Positions 15,874 to 27,036 are shown, counted from the stretch's first letter. The stretch: 64,000 nucleotides of DNA from Lachnospiraceae bacterium (GCA_024685635.1 JAIKVP010000040.1:67-64066), one strand, 5' to 3'. Notes: generated by a model from the letters alone, not told the origin. Numbers and translations: made by a program.

Positions 15874-18270
15874 TTAAGCCTTCCTTGTCACCCTTGTAAT
15901 CACATAGAATCTCGATGCGAAATCAGGGTAAAACCTTATATTGTCGTTATATCCAACTCCGGCAAATGCGCTCTTTAAGCTGACACCCGCCTTCATCATT
16001 GCATCACCGTACATGATATGACTTTCATTTTCACCATTCATAGTGATATACCTTGCAATAGCATTGTGCACCATTCCATCCTGCTTAACATGAATTGGAG
16101 TGACCTGATTAACTAAGCTGCCAAAATCCTTAATATTATAGCTTATCTCTCGTCCCTCAAGCTTATATAAGCCGTCAGGGATAAGTCCCGCCGGCTTTAG
16201 GCAGGCATATTGCGTATTAGGGTGAACTAAGGTCTGTAATACCACTCCTATAGCGCTATTGCCGGACTCACTTACTATAGTCCACTCAAAATCATTCATA
16301 TTATTAGGCAAAAGCGTTGAAAATGCAGTCTTATCGTATACAGAGCTTCGTCTATAAAATCTACCAAACTGCAAGGTTTTGCGGTGCTTTTTATAAATCT
16401 CAATCTGCTGGCGGATTGCTTTTAGTCCCTCGCCATCTAAGTCATTAAGATTGCACTCATAACCAAGAACACCTAGTAAAGCGACGTGATATCTGGTCTC
16501 AATCGGCGTGCGCCTTAGAGTCTGATGATTAGGAATGTCAGACACATGGGCAGTCACTGTTGACATAGGATAACCGTAGCTATATCCCGTCTGAATCTCC
16601 GCTCTTGCTATTGCGTCAGAATCGTCGCTAGCCCAGATCTGTGGAAAATAGCTAAGTATTCCAAGGTCAAACCTGTTGCCGCCAGAGGCACAGCCCTCAA
16701 AGAGTATCATAGGAAACTTTTTCGTCAATACATCCATAACCCTGTAAAGACCTAAGATATACTTATGGCTTACCTCGCCCTGATGATTAGGGGTTAAGGC
16801 GCTTGAATAATAATCCGTAAAATTCCTGTTCATATCCCATTTGACATAGTTGATATTGCCAGATGAAAATACCTCAGTCATAGCCGAGATTATATAGTCC
16901 TGAACCTCCCGCCTGGTAAGGTCAAGTATTCTCTGATTACGCCCCTCTGAATGCGGATTAAAAGGCAACTCAATCGCCCAGTCAGGGTGCTCTTTATATA
17001 GCTTGCTGTCAACATTTACCATCTCTGGCTCAACCCAGATTCCAAAGTCTAAGCCCAAATCATGTATCTTTTTAGCAATACCAGCGACGCCAGATGATAA
17101 TTTCTTTAGATTAGGCGTCCAGTCGCCAAGCGAAGATCTGTCATCATTTCTGTTAGCAAACCAGCCGTCATCCATAACAAATAACTCAATCCCGACATCC
17201 TTAGCCGCCTTGGCAAGTCTAAGCATCTTGTTCTCATTTATATCAAAATATGCTGCCTCCCAGCTGTTTAAGAGCACGGGTCTTACTCTGTCACGGTAAT
17301 AGCCTCTAACTATATGCTTTCTTACGAATCTATGCATATTCTGGCTCATGCCATTAAATCCATTTTCAGAAAATGTCATAACAGACTCAGGTGCCTGAAA
17401 GCTCTCTCCCGTCTTTAGATGCCAGGAAAATGTAGTCGGATTGATACCTGAAACAAACCTGATCTTGCCGTATGCATTTCTCTCAACGGCCTCGTAGTGG
17501 TTGCCACTATAGACTAAGTTGATTCCATAGCATATGCCGTTATCCTCTGTAGTATTGACATCAGACAACATAACAAATGGATTCGCCCTGTTAGATGAAT
17601 TGCCAGATCTTGACTCACTGACAAGCTTAGCCTCTCCGATATAGGCGTCATTTCTATGCATTTCCCTAGCCCAGGCTCCGCTAAATGTGTGAAAGCGCAT
17701 ATTAGCAGGGGCAAAATCAAGCTGGTTACTCATTAGGCGCTTAATTCTTAAGGAGTAATCGCTTGTGTTGGTGAGTTTAGCGCTCTTAGTAATTACATCT
17801 GCATCTTCAAATACTGAATACTGCAGGGTTAATTTAATATTGTACTTTAGGTCAACTAAGTTGATTAAGAGGCTATCAACCTCGCTAGTTTCTCCATACG
17901 AACATGGCAAGCCCTCAAGCTCTAGCTTGCCCTCTATCGCCTCATAGCTCTCAAATGTGAAGTCATCAGTCCTTCCACCATCGCTCTTAATAAGCTCGAT
18001 AAAAGGCTCTCTGACATCAGACTTACCATAGCCTGACATCTCTAGCTTCATATCCTCCAGGCTGATATTACTGTGCTCTTTAGAGTAAACAGTAGTGCAG
18101 CCAGGTGCAAACTCGTGACACTCTAACAAACCATCAGTATTGTCAAGATGAATCCTAGCACCGTAATAAACATGCTCTATATGCTTAGAAGGAAGCACCT
18201 TCATAATATAGCTCGTATTCTTCGTATGAAGCATAAATGTGGGCTCAAGCCCTTTAATAATTGTTATCAT
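15874..18270 (-). CDS. Alpha-galactosidase, GH36
   Basis: NSWEAAYF, FVMDDGWF, GIWVEPEMV, YVKWDMNR, CASGGNRFDLG, WASDDSD. Confidence 0.97.
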   Translation of the reverse strand: MITIIKGLEPTFMLHTKNTSYIMKVLPSKHIEHVYYGARIHLDNTDGLLECHEFAPGCTTVYSKEHSNISLEDMKLEMSGYGKSDVREPFIELIKSDGGRTDDFTFESYEAIEGKLELEGLPCSYGETSEVDSLLINLVDLKYNIKLTLQYSVFEDADVITKSAKLTNTSDYSLRIKRLMSNQLDFAPANMRFHTFSGAWAREMHRNDAYIGEAKLVSESRSGNSSNRANPFVMLSDVNTTEDNGICYGINLVYSGNHYEAVERNAYGKIRFVSGINPTTFSWHLKTGESFQAPESVMTFSENGFNGMSQNMHRFVRKHIVRGYYRDRVRPVLLNSWEAAYFDINENKMLRLAKAAKDVGIELFVMDDGWFANRNDDRSSLGDWTPNLKKLSSGVAGIAKKIHDLGLDFGIWVEPEMVNVDSKLYKEHPDWAIELPFNPHSEGRNQRILDLTRREVQDYIISAMTEVFSSGNINYVKWDMNRNFTDYYSSALTPNHQGEVSHKYILGLYRVMDVLTKKFPMILFEGCASGGNRFDLGILSYFPQIWASDDSDAIARAEIQTGYSYGYPMSTVTAHVSDIPNHQTLRRTPIETRYHVALLGVLGYECNLNDLDGEGLKAIRQQIEIYKKHRKTLQFGRFYRRSSVYDKTAFSTLLPNNMNDFEWTIVSESGNSAIGVVLQTLVHPNTQYACLKPAGLIPDGLYKLEGREISYNIKDFGSLVNQVTPIHVKQDGMVHNAIARYITMNGENESHIMYGDAMMKAGVSLKSAFAGVGYNDNIRFYPDFASRFYVITRVTRKA

Positions 18271-18274
18271 TTAA

Positions 18275-19657
18275 TCACTTCCTAATTTCAGCAGATATCT
18301 CCTCAAGCTTCTCGTCTGTCAAAATGTATTTCTTCTTAAACCAGAACAAAGCGATAAATAATCCGACTATCGGAACAACCGTCATAGTAGCCCTAAGTCC
18401 AACTCTTGAACTCTGCTCTACTGTTGCTGAGAAATCTATAGTCTTATCAGCCTCAGTAACCGCCTGATTAGACAAACTAAATACATTTAAACAGATTGAT
18501 GCGATAAATGCAGCGATACCAGATGCAAGCTTAACAACAAATGTCTGCATAGAGAATATAACCGACTCATCTCTTCTGTTGTTCTTTAGCTGGCCGTAAT
18601 CTACTGTGTTAGCCAAAAATACAGTTGTCAAAACCTGCAACATACCGTTAGCAGAGAAGATAAAAAATGCTGGAATAAACAAGATAAATACAGTATTCAT
18701 TGATGTAAATGCTATGCCAAGCAAACTAATATATCCAACTATCGCCATGATTAGACAGATATCAAATATTTGCATATTGTTTTTAATCTTGCGCAATAAA
18801 GGATAAAATAGCATCATCGAAAGAATCTGAATACCGCCTCCAAAGGTGTTAAAGAGGGTATAACTATTATACCATCCCGTTCCACCAAAGTCATATTTAA
18901 AGAAATATATGACCAGATTAGATGTAATATAAATCGAGCAGTTGATAAGTACGATTGCAACTACCACCGCCATCGCCTGATCATTCTGAATCAATGCCTT
19001 AAACATCTGTCCGACGGATGGCGACTCAACGTCTACCGTTGATGACTCCTTGATATTAACGCAGGTGATCGTAATAAATACAATAAATATCACAGCGACG
19101 ATAATCGCAAAATACTTAAAACCAACACGCTCGTTGTTGTTACCAAGTGCATAAACACACATCATGGTAATTATGGTGACAATCGCAGAACCAACGCCTG
19201 CGCAAGATCTAGCCAAGGTTGTCAAGCCCTCTCTCTCTTTACCGCCCTTAGTAAATGCAGGAATCATTGACCAGTATGGAATGTCCATCATGGTGTAGGT
19301 AACACCCCACAAAATGTAGGTGATTGCTGCATAAGCGACAAGTCCAGGCCCGTCAAGCTTAGGCGGCGCAGAAAACATAATTACAAGCATAACTGCATTG
19401 GTAATTGTTCCAATCATAAGCCAAGGTCTAAACTTACCCCATCTGGTGTGAGTCTTAGCAACCAAGATTCCCATAATTGGATCGTTAAAAGCATCAAATA
19501 CCCTCGCAGCAAGAAGAATGATACCCATCGCTACTGCATTTACCCCTAGTATGTCCTGAAAATAGTAGAGTACATAGCTCGCAGAGAGCATATATACCAT
19601 ATCCTTACCCACAGCGCCAATGCCGTAGGACGCCTTTTCCTTAAATCCTAATTCCAT
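18275..19657 (-). CDS. melB: Glycoside-pentoside-hexuronide (MelB-type) cation symporter
   Basis: RVFDAFNDPIMG, TRWGKFRPW, DYGQLKNNRRDESVIFSMQTF; co-transcribed with GH36. Confidence 0.88.
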   Translation of the reverse strand: MELGFKEKASYGIGAVGKDMVYMLSASYVLYYFQDILGVNAVAMGIILLAARVFDAFNDPIMGILVAKTHTRWGKFRPWLMIGTITNAVMLVIMFSAPPKLDGPGLVAYAAITYILWGVTYTMMDIPYWSMIPAFTKGGKEREGLTTLARSCAGVGSAIVTIITMMCVYALGNNNERVGFKYFAIIVAVIFIVFITITCVNIKESSTVDVESPSVGQMFKALIQNDQAMAVVVAIVLINCSIYITSNLVIYFFKYDFGGTGWYNSYTLFNTFGGGIQILSMMLFYPLLRKIKNNMQIFDICLIMAIVGYISLLGIAFTSMNTVFILFIPAFFIFSANGMLQVLTTVFLANTVDYGQLKNNRRDESVIFSMQTFVVKLASGIAAFIASICLNVFSLSNQAVTEADKTIDFSATVEQSSRVGLRATMTVVPIVGLFIALFWFKKKYILTDEKLEEISAEIRK

Positions 19658-19713
19658 ATCGTGTCCTCCTTGTGCGAGTCGTTATTATATTATAGAGTTC
19701 TATCCGTGATCTC

Positions 19714-21198
19714 CTAGTCCTCCTTAAGCCTCTTCTCGATAGCCGCAATCACAACCTTAAGAGCCTTGATTCTAGCGTAGTGCTTATCATTGGACTCAAG
19801 AATATGCCATGGAGCAAATGTAGTCGATGTCTTTTCAATCATCTCATCGATTGCCTCCTCATAGATATCCCATTTCTCGCGATTTCTCCAGTCCTCATCA
19901 GTTAACTTCCACTGCTTCTCTGGAGTGTTTGCCCTATCTGTAAAACGCTCAAGCTGTGTGTCCTTATCGATCTGAACCCAGAACTTGACTACAACTGCGC
20001 CCCAGTCATCAAGTTCCTTCTCAAACTCGTTAATCTCGTTGTAAGCTCTCTGCCAGTCATTTTCAGAGCAAAATCCCTCAAGCCTCTCAACCATAACTCT
20101 TCCGTACCAGGTTCTATCAAATATCGCGATATGACCATCCTTTGGAAGTCTTGTAAAGAAACGCCACAGGTGATGTCTAGCCTTCTCATGTGGCTCAGGG
20201 CTTGCGATTGGATGAACCTCATAGCCTCTAGGATCAAGAGCTGCAGCAATACGCTTGATATTGCCACCCTTACCAGCAGCATCCCATCCCTCGTATGCGA
20301 TAACAACTGGAATCTTTCTTCTATATAGCTCGTTATGAAGCTTAGAAAGCTTCTTTTGAAGTGCATCTAACTCCTTCTTATACTCATCATCAGCAATAGT
20401 CTTATCAAGCGGAATGTCTGCTAACTTAGGCATAGACTTTAGGGCAAATGTATTCTGCAAAACAGGAACAGCAACCTTAACATTCTTAAGCGCTGTGTCA
20501 ATGCTAGAAACAAGTCTCTCAATAACCTGCAACTCAGCCCACTTCTTGTCCTTAGAATCAATAAAATACCAAGGCGCTACAAACTGGTTGGTATTCTCTA
20601 AATAGTCATCAAACACCTTAACACAGTCGTCATAGTGCTTGTTCTGCCATTTGTCAGCCTTAGAAACTCTCCACTCCGTGCTCTTGTCCTTCATAAGAGC
20701 CTTGATTCTCTTAGACTGCTCTTTCTTGCTGATATCAAAGAAGAACTTAACTAAGAGATAGCCGTTGTCATTAAGCTGTCTCTCAAAGCGTTTGATAGAG
20801 TTAACGCGCTTGTTGTATGTCTTCTTAGAGATATTCTCCATAAGATAATCAGTTGTGCTCTCTTCCATCCAACTTCCGTCAAAGAAAGCAAACTTGCCCT
20901 GCTCAGGGATCTTAACAAAATGCTTATAAAGAAAAGGACGCCTCTTCTCTTCGTCAGTCACACTGCCACCTGTATAGGTCTTAAAAAATCTAGGATCTAA
21001 ACTCTTAATAACCCTTCCAAGCACAGAGCCCTTACCAGCTGCGCCCCATCCATCAAATGTTACTATGACCGGAAGCTTGTGCTCCTTGATGAGCTGCTGT
21101 CTCTTAGCAAGCTCTAACCTGGCAGCATCTAATCTAGCCTTAAGTTCATCATCTGACGGTCTGTCTTTAATTACGATTTCTTTAAGCATAAAATGCAC
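19714..21198 (-). CDS. ppk2: Two-domain polyphosphate kinase 2 (polyP:AMP phosphotransferase type)
   Basis: Two PPK2 domains: DGWGAAGKGS and EGWDAAGKGG; FDRTWYGRV. Confidence 0.93.
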   Translation of the reverse strand: MHFMLKEIVIKDRPSDDELKARLDAARLELAKRQQLIKEHKLPVIVTFDGWGAAGKGSVLGRVIKSLDPRFFKTYTGGSVTDEEKRRPFLYKHFVKIPEQGKFAFFDGSWMEESTTDYLMENISKKTYNKRVNSIKRFERQLNDNGYLLVKFFFDISKKEQSKRIKALMKDKSTEWRVSKADKWQNKHYDDCVKVFDDYLENTNQFVAPWYFIDSKDKKWAELQVIERLVSSIDTALKNVKVAVPVLQNTFALKSMPKLADIPLDKTIADDEYKKELDALQKKLSKLHNELYRRKIPVVIAYEGWDAAGKGGNIKRIAAALDPRGYEVHPIASPEPHEKARHHLWRFFTRLPKDGHIAIFDRTWYGRVMVERLEGFCSENDWQRAYNEINEFEKELDDWGAVVVKFWVQIDKDTQLERFTDRANTPEKQWKLTDEDWRNREKWDIYEEAIDEMIEKTSTTFAPWHILESNDKHYARIKALKVVIAAIEKRLKED

Positions 21199-21300
21199 CT
21201 CCTAAATATGTATTTTCCGAACAAATATCTGCCTATAATTATAACATAGAAGGCGCTTTTTAGCCACTAAAAAAGGACATAACTTATACAGTTAAATGTC

Positions 21301-22215
21301 CTAATTGATTATCTTATTAATAGCATTCAAAACCCTCTTCTTATCCGTAGACCACTTAGGTTCAATCAGTAAACTTCTTGGTCCGTCTCCGGTTAATCTG
21401 TGCACCACCATATCATCGGGAATTATTTCATTTGCCTTGGATATCAGATTTAGATATTCATCAAATGTTAAAATGTGAAAGGGATTCTCTTCGTATTCCT
21501 TAGCCATTCTTGTCCCTTTTAGCAAATGCAGTAATTGAAGCTTGATACCCCAGGATTTCATGTCAATTACATGCTTAATTGTTAAGAGCATATCCTCTTC
21601 GCTTTCGTTTGGAAGGCCTAGGATTACATGAGTTATAACCTTTATTCCTGCTTTGTTTAGCCTTCTAACTGCGTCGTCATAAGTTTCAGTTTTATAGCCA
21701 CGATTAAAGCTTGATGCGATATCATCTCTTATTGTTTGCAGTCCTAATTCTATCCAGACAGGTTTAATCTTGTTAAGCTCTTTAATTAAGCTAATTACTT
21801 CGTCTGATACACAGTCTGGGCGTGTAGCTATTGATAGTATTGCTATGTCAGGATGATTAATTGCAGCTTCATATAGTTCTCTTAATTTATCCACTGGCGC
21901 ATAAGTGTTGGTAAAGCTTTGAAAATAGGCGATATAGTTGGCTTCTCCTTCTGTCGGCCTAAACTTTTTTGAAAGGCGGGTTTTAGCATTTTCTATCATA
22001 TCGGGGATGTCAGTTGATGAAACAATCGACCTACTAGTTTCATTTGCCGATAAATTACTCTCTGCAAAATCGCCAGAACCAGCTTCAGAGCAAAAACTGC
22101 AACCACCGTAAGAAATAAAGCCATCTCTGTTAGGACAGCTAAAGCCTGCGTCTAAAGCAAGCTTGTATAACTTCCTACCATATTCATTTTTAAGATATTT
22201 ATTAAGCGTTTGCAT
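21301..22215 (-). CDS. Radical SAM protein, TIGR01212/YhcC-like (start revised to ATG 22215)
   Basis: GFSCPNRDG...GGCSFCS, AYFQSFTNTY, ATRPDC, ELGLQT, HRLTGDG; RBS GGAGG. Confidence 0.92.
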   Translation of the reverse strand: MQTLNKYLKNEYGRKLYKLALDAGFSCPNRDGFISYGGCSFCSEAGSGDFAESNLSANETSRSIVSSTDIPDMIENAKTRLSKKFRPTEGEANYIAYFQSFTNTYAPVDKLRELYEAAINHPDIAILSIATRPDCVSDEVISLIKELNKIKPVWIELGLQTIRDDIASSFNRGYKTETYDDAVRRLNKAGIKVITHVILGLPNESEEDMLLTIKHVIDMKSWGIKLQLLHLLKGTRMAKEYEENPFHILTFDEYLNLISKANEIIPDDMVVHRLTGDGPRSLLIEPKWSTDKKRVLNAINKIIN

Positions 22216-22231
22216 GATGTCCTCCATATAG

Positions 22232-22462
22232 ATTATTAAAGCATATCCTGTCACTGGCTATAACATTTTATCTGAAATCAAGAGCAGGCCTGATCTTGCT
22301 ATCGGTGCAAGATGGCATCACGAACGCTATGACGGCAGGGGCTATCCAGACAAAAAAGCAGGCGAAAAAATCCCGCTAGAGGCAAGAATCATCGCAGTAG
22401 CTGATTGCTATGATGCTATGACCTCTAACAGAAGTTATAGAAGCTATCTTCCACAGGATTAA
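22232..22462 (+). pseudogene. HD-GYP phosphodiesterase C-terminal fragment without a start
   Basis: Frame reads [13 protein letters not shown]...[15 protein letters not shown]...[30 protein letters not shown]; absent from the ORF track. Confidence 0.88.
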
Positions 22463-23163
22463 TACCTCGCCATCAAATCTATACCCTCTAAATAGATATC
22501 AGATTTAACTGTATTATTAAACTCCATATAGTCTTCTTCCTTAATCATGCTTCTTCTGACTTGATCAACCTTAATCCACTCATCTAAGCTTAGCGGAGTA
22601 TAATCAGAATACATACAAAAGCAGTTAATCATATTACAGGGTGTGTTAACCGGACTATCAGAATTCTTAACAGGTCTAAGAGACGCTCTCATTTCATTAA
22701 TAAAACGATTAACTAAAAATTCGTCAAATGTATCATGTACATGTCCGTACAGCATATAGGTCTTTGGATTGCCTTCCTTATCCTTGTGAAACTGTGCATC
22801 ATGACAAATGATTGGATAATGGCTAAGAATAACCGTCCTCTTGTCATCCTTCATTCTCTTATACGGTGTAATCCATGAAAATAAATCCCTATCAAATTTA
22901 GAATCATCAAGATACCTGTGATCATGATTGCCCTCAATTAAGCATTTTTTTCCATTAAGTGCCGCTACTATCTCGGCAGTCTCCTTAGACTTGCCCATAG
23001 ATAAATCACCTAAAATAACAACCTCATCATTTTTTTGAACTCTGCTATTCCACTTGCTAATCATATAATCATGCATATCATTTAGGCTATTAAAACCTCT
23101 TTTGTCCATATCATTTAGCAAATTCTCGTGAAAAAAATGCAGGTCTGAAATATAAAATCTCAT
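22459..23163 (-). CDS. Calcineurin-like metallophosphoesterase
   Basis: SDLHF, LGDL, GNHD, HYP, GHVH motifs. Confidence 0.92.
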   Translation of the reverse strand: MRFYISDLHFFHENLLNDMDKRGFNSLNDMHDYMISKWNSRVQKNDEVVILGDLSMGKSKETAEIVAALNGKKCLIEGNHDHRYLDDSKFDRDLFSWITPYKRMKDDKRTVILSHYPIICHDAQFHKDKEGNPKTYMLYGHVHDTFDEFLVNRFINEMRASLRPVKNSDSPVNTPCNMINCFCMYSDYTPLSLDEWIKVDQVRRSMIKEEDYMEFNNTVKSDIYLEGIDLMARY

Positions 23164-23182
23164 ATAAATTCTCCTAGCGCAT

Positions 23183-23213
23183 AAAATCCCCCGAAGCTTG
23201 CGCTCCGAGGGTT
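23183..23213 (-). terminator. Terminator after the 472-aa gene
   Basis: CCCTCGGAGC-gcaa-GCTTCGGGGG then ATTTT on the minus strand. Confidence 0.7.
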
Positions 23214-23250
23214 ATATAGTATATTAATCATCTCATAACAGCTGTATCTA

Positions 23251-24669
23251 TTACATATGTGGTTGATCATTAGTTGGTTTAAGAACAAGATTCTTATTAA
23301 TATTAAGGTTAGGATCAGGCTTCTTCATATTCTTCTGAATATCGTTAGCCTTTCTCAAAGCATTGCCGTCCTTCATCTCTGACTGCTTGGTCATATCCTG
23401 AATATCCTGTCTTGTTAATGCCGCTCCACTCTTTTGCTTTTCAAGACCCTTATTAACCATTTCCTTAGCAAGATCAGTGTTTAGTGTGTCAGTAATATCA
23501 TCTTCAGTAGGTGTGGTGGATTTATCAAGGCGACCCATAGCAGAAGTAAATGACTCACCTGGCTTAATTGAAAAATCTCCACTCTTCTCAAGGCTAGTAA
23601 TTCTATTCTCATAGAAAATAGTCTTTGCAACTGATGTTTCCATAGAATCTTTTAGCTCAGGACCATCCTTTTTACCAACCATCTTCTCTCTATTAAGCTC
23701 CTCTTCCATAGAACCATTTGCTAGAGCTTTAGCCATTTCATCCTTCTTTTGGTCAATCTGATGCTTGAACATCTCAGCTCTCATTTCCTGAATGCTATTC
23801 TGTGCTTCCTCAACAGCTCTAATACGCATTCTCTCATAGTCAGAATTAGGACTTAAACGATACTCTTCTGTTCCAATTGTAACATCAATTCCCTCTTCAT
23901 CCTTCTCTACAGTTCTATTGTGCATCTTATACTGTAAATACTCTTTAGATGATCTATACGCCTTAAGAGAAAGCTTATCATACTTTTCCATCTCTTCAGC
24001 AGTAAGTTTTGTTCTTCCCTTAATCTCCTTCATATATTCATCTAATGCATTAAGGTCATTGCAAAGCTGTCTATAATGCTTAGATGTCCTAGCACCATGC
24101 TTGCCGCCACTAGTCATCTCTCTAGTTAAATGCTTAAGTCTATTAATCTTATCATACTGAGAATCGACAATTTCACCACAATCCTTGCCATCCTCTGCCT
24201 TATATCCCTTCTCCTCTGCAGTCTTCTCGTCCTTTTTCTCTTCTTTAATCTTAACGCCCTTCTTCTTCTTGATTTTAGGATTCCTTAGGCGCTCATTCTC
24301 ATTTTGAAGCTCCTGATTCTGTCTTGCAAGACTGGCATTCTGCATCTCAAGCTTCTCTTTATCTTTTCTTAATCTTTCAAGCTCTGCAGTGTTATCAGCC
24401 TTGTTAGCCTCACCATTAGCGTTTATCTGATTATTATTCTTTTGCTCAATCTCATTATTAATATTGAGATTCTCGTCAAGATTATTGTTAATGTCATTGT
24501 TAATGTCATTGTTAACATTATTATTATCTATATCAACAGCATTGTCATTTTTTAGGTTTAAAGAGTTTGCCCTTTTCCTGCCTTTTTTCTCCTGGTCCTT
24601 TAATACTAAATCATCTAGGATACTGTTCTTGATATTCTCATTCTCCTTGATATTCTCATTCTCCTTCAT
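23251..24669 (-). CDS. Effector-like hypothetical protein with shared helical domain X and an N-rich low-complexity N-terminus
   Basis: 472 aa; TSKHYRQL...AYRSSKEYLQYK...SDYERMRIRAVEEA; no signal peptide seen. Confidence 0.85.
   Translation of the reverse strand: MKENENIKENENIKNSILDDLVLKDQEKKGRKRANSLNLKNDNAVDIDNNNVNNDINNDINNNLDENLNINNEIEQKNNNQINANGEANKADNTAELERLRKDKEKLEMQNASLARQNQELQNENERLRNPKIKKKKGVKIKEEKKDEKTAEEKGYKAEDGKDCGEIVDSQYDKINRLKHLTREMTSGGKHGARTSKHYRQLCNDLNALDEYMKEIKGRTKLTAEEMEKYDKLSLKAYRSSKEYLQYKMHNRTVEKDEEGIDVTIGTEEYRLSPNSDYERMRIRAVEEAQNSIQEMRAEMFKHQIDQKKDEMAKALANGSMEEELNREKMVGKKDGPELKDSMETSVAKTIFYENRITSLEKSGDFSIKPGESFTSAMGRLDKSTTPTEDDITDTLNTDLAKEMVNKGLEKQKSGAALTRQDIQDMTKQSEMKDGNALRKANDIQKNMKKPDPNLNINKNLVLKPTNDQPHM
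24629..24664. repeat. 18-bp tandem repeat encoding (K)ENENIK x2; a 12-bp tandem also lies at 24485-24508
   Basis: TTGATATTCTCATTCTCC x2; TTGTTAATGTCA x2. Confidence 0.9.
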
Positions 24670-24740
24670 ATTCTAATTCCTCCTTAATTAAAACCTGTCA
24701 GAAGACTCACTAACTGACATAACTTTGCTTCGTTAGATAT

Positions 24741-24776
24741 ACTATAACAAACAAAGTGCAACAAAAGCGTAACAAA
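24741..24776 (-). promoter_or_regulatory. T4SS-regulon promoter copy 1 (11-bp-period direct repeat plus -10)
   Basis: Minus strand TTTGTTACGC TTTTGTTGCA CTTTGTTTGT TATAGT. Confidence 0.8.
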
Positions 24777-24804
24777 TTAGAAAAAATAATAAAAAAACTT
24801 TAAA

Positions 24805-26526
24805 TTATTTTCCAAGGTATGTAAATCCAAGCATTGTCATATCGTCAAACTGTGGCTCATCCTTAGCAAAATCATCCACAGCCATCCTCATTCTAAGCAA
24901 GGTATTTTCACAGCTTTCATCCTTATAGTCATTAAGAACATCAACAATTCTACCTGTTCCAAATCTCTCGCCAGAAGAATTCTTAGCCTCATTAAGACCA
25001 TCTGTATAAAGGAAAATGCGATTACCAGGCTTTAAGTCAAAATCATATTCAACAAATTCTGAGCCAGGCAAGAATCCTAACGGTGGGCCATGAGGAGTTT
25101 TCTTAATAACAAATCCTTCCTCATTATCAAGCATTATGGCAGGATAATCATGTCCAGCGTTACAAGCATTTACATGTCCAGTCTTAAGATTGATTATTCC
25201 AAGCCAGATAGTTACAAACATTCCAGCTTCATTTTTTTCGGAGATAAGCTTTTCAGAATAGCTTATTATCTCTTTAGCACTTCCACCTAAGCAGGCACGG
25301 CTCTTTAACAAGGTCTTACTTATAGCCATAAAAAATGCTGCTCCAACGCCCTTGTCTGAAACATCTGCTACAAGAATTGCTATATGGTCTTCATCAACCA
25401 TAAAGAAGTCATAAAAATCTCCACCAACCTCTTTGGCAGGTTTCATAATTGCGTGGATATCAAATCCATTTCTCTCAATGCCAAACTGTTCCTTATTAGG
25501 GAGCATTCCAGCCTGAATCTTAGATGCCAACTCAAGCTCATATCCCATACGCTCGGACTGTTTGGTGTATTTGGTAATATTCTCTATATTCTTTAGGGTG
25601 TTATCCTCCATCTTATTGACGGCTGACGCCAAGGTTTGAATCTCCTTAATGACGCTTATGTCATTAGTCAGACTAACATCACCCTTAGCATTTTCGTTAG
25701 AAAATCTGTCTGTCTCTTTTGCAATTGTCTTAACAGGTGAAACAACGTGTTTCGTTAAGAATTTAGATGCAATAACGAACATAATCACAATGACAATTAA
25801 TGTGAGTGCGCCAACTCCCTGAAAGAATGTATTCTTCATGTCAACAAGCTCATCGACATATCTCTGGGCACACATAATAGCCCTAACCGAGCCGTCTGAA
25901 CCCTTAATTGGCACAAGCGCTGTCAAATGTGGATGAGAACCTTCATCAACATTAATTCGGTTTACAATTTCTTTTGTAGATCCGTACTCAAATATATTTC
26001 TATATGCATTTATATAATCTTCTGATGATGTCTCACTTACATATCCAACAGGCCATGGATCGTAAGTACTGTTTGAATTTAGACAGTTAAATACAGATGT
26101 GTAGTGCTTATAATCACTGCTTGGGACAATTACATATATTACTGACATATTAAGGTCATTACAAAAGTCCACAATGTCAGACTTAGTTAAACCATATTCA
26201 GCAACATATCTCTCGTTATCCTCGGTTAAATAGTATGCATTATCTGAGTTAATAAGCCTGTTATTATATTCCTTATAACCTTCAGTTAAAACATCTTCGC
26301 CTAATTCTAAGTATTTGTCTATATTGTCACCATCAACCCAGCCAGCAGCTGTTAGGGCAACTCTATATACTGAATCCTTATATTCCTTAGAAAACGAGCT
26401 TGTAAATGCAAAAGAACCAATCGTAACTGTTGTAAAGGCAAATATTATTAGCATTATGATGATAGAACCGATAACTATTGTATATAAACTAGTGCCACGG
26501 CTCTTTATAGTCTGAAATAACTTCAA
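24805..26526 (-). CDS. Membrane sensor PP2C phosphatase (SpoIIE/RsbU-like, HAMP)
   Basis: 2 TM helices; EVGGDFYD, VADVSDKG, MFVT, NAGHD, YTDGLNEA, DDMT. Confidence 0.95.
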   Translation of the reverse strand: MKLFQTIKSRGTSLYTIVIGSIIIMLIIFAFTTVTIGSFAFTSSFSKEYKDSVYRVALTAAGWVDGDNIDKYLELGEDVLTEGYKEYNNRLINSDNAYYLTEDNERYVAEYGLTKSDIVDFCNDLNMSVIYVIVPSSDYKHYTSVFNCLNSNSTYDPWPVGYVSETSSEDYINAYRNIFEYGSTKEIVNRINVDEGSHPHLTALVPIKGSDGSVRAIMCAQRYVDELVDMKNTFFQGVGALTLIVIVIMFVIASKFLTKHVVSPVKTIAKETDRFSNENAKGDVSLTNDISVIKEIQTLASAVNKMEDNTLKNIENITKYTKQSERMGYELELASKIQAGMLPNKEQFGIERNGFDIHAIMKPAKEVGGDFYDFFMVDEDHIAILVADVSDKGVGAAFFMAISKTLLKSRACLGGSAKEIISYSEKLISEKNEAGMFVTIWLGIINLKTGHVNACNAGHDYPAIMLDNEEGFVIKKTPHGPPLGFLPGSEFVEYDFDLKPGNRIFLYTDGLNEAKNSSGERFGTGRIVDVLNDYKDESCENTLLRMRMAVDDFAKDEPQFDDMTMLGFTYLGK

Positions 26527-26557
26527 GTCATTTCCCCCATTCCGTAAGCTTAAACTG

Positions 26558-27034
26558 CTAGAACTTCTTTCTAATCTTGAGTATATTCTTGCCTTCCCTA
26601 TACTCGTAATCTACTGAATCCATAGTATTCTTGACCAAATGAATACCAAAACCACCTTCTCGCTCTATAAACATCTGACCTGAAACATCAGCATCATCAT
26701 AGGCAAGTGGGTCAAAAGGCTTACCTGAATCCATAAACTGAATTGTAACAATCATTGGATTCTCACTGACCTCGCACTCAATCTCAGCCTTACCAACCTC
26801 TGGTCTATAGGCATAAGATATAATATTAACGAAAATCTCCTCTACAGCAAGTCTTATCTGTAGAAGAATCTTCTTCTCACAGCCATAAGAGAGCAACTTA
26901 TCCTTAATGAAATCCTGCACTGGATCCATCGCGTCATCGGTCGCATCTATTGTTATAGTTGTTCCATCCTCACTGATTTTGTAATCAATATCGTCAGAAT
27001 TAGACCCCAAATGAATCATGCTTATATCTTCCAT
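26558..27034 (-). CDS. Anti-sigma factor/serine kinase (RsbW-like HATPase_c)
   Basis: LAVEEIFVNIISYAY, DSGKPFDP, GGFGIHLV. Confidence 0.92.
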   Translation of the reverse strand: MEDISMIHLGSNSDDIDYKISEDGTTITIDATDDAMDPVQDFIKDKLLSYGCEKKILLQIRLAVEEIFVNIISYAYRPEVGKAEIECEVSENPMIVTIQFMDSGKPFDPLAYDDADVSGQMFIEREGGFGIHLVKNTMDSVDYEYREGKNILKIRKKF

Positions 27035-27036
27035 AC

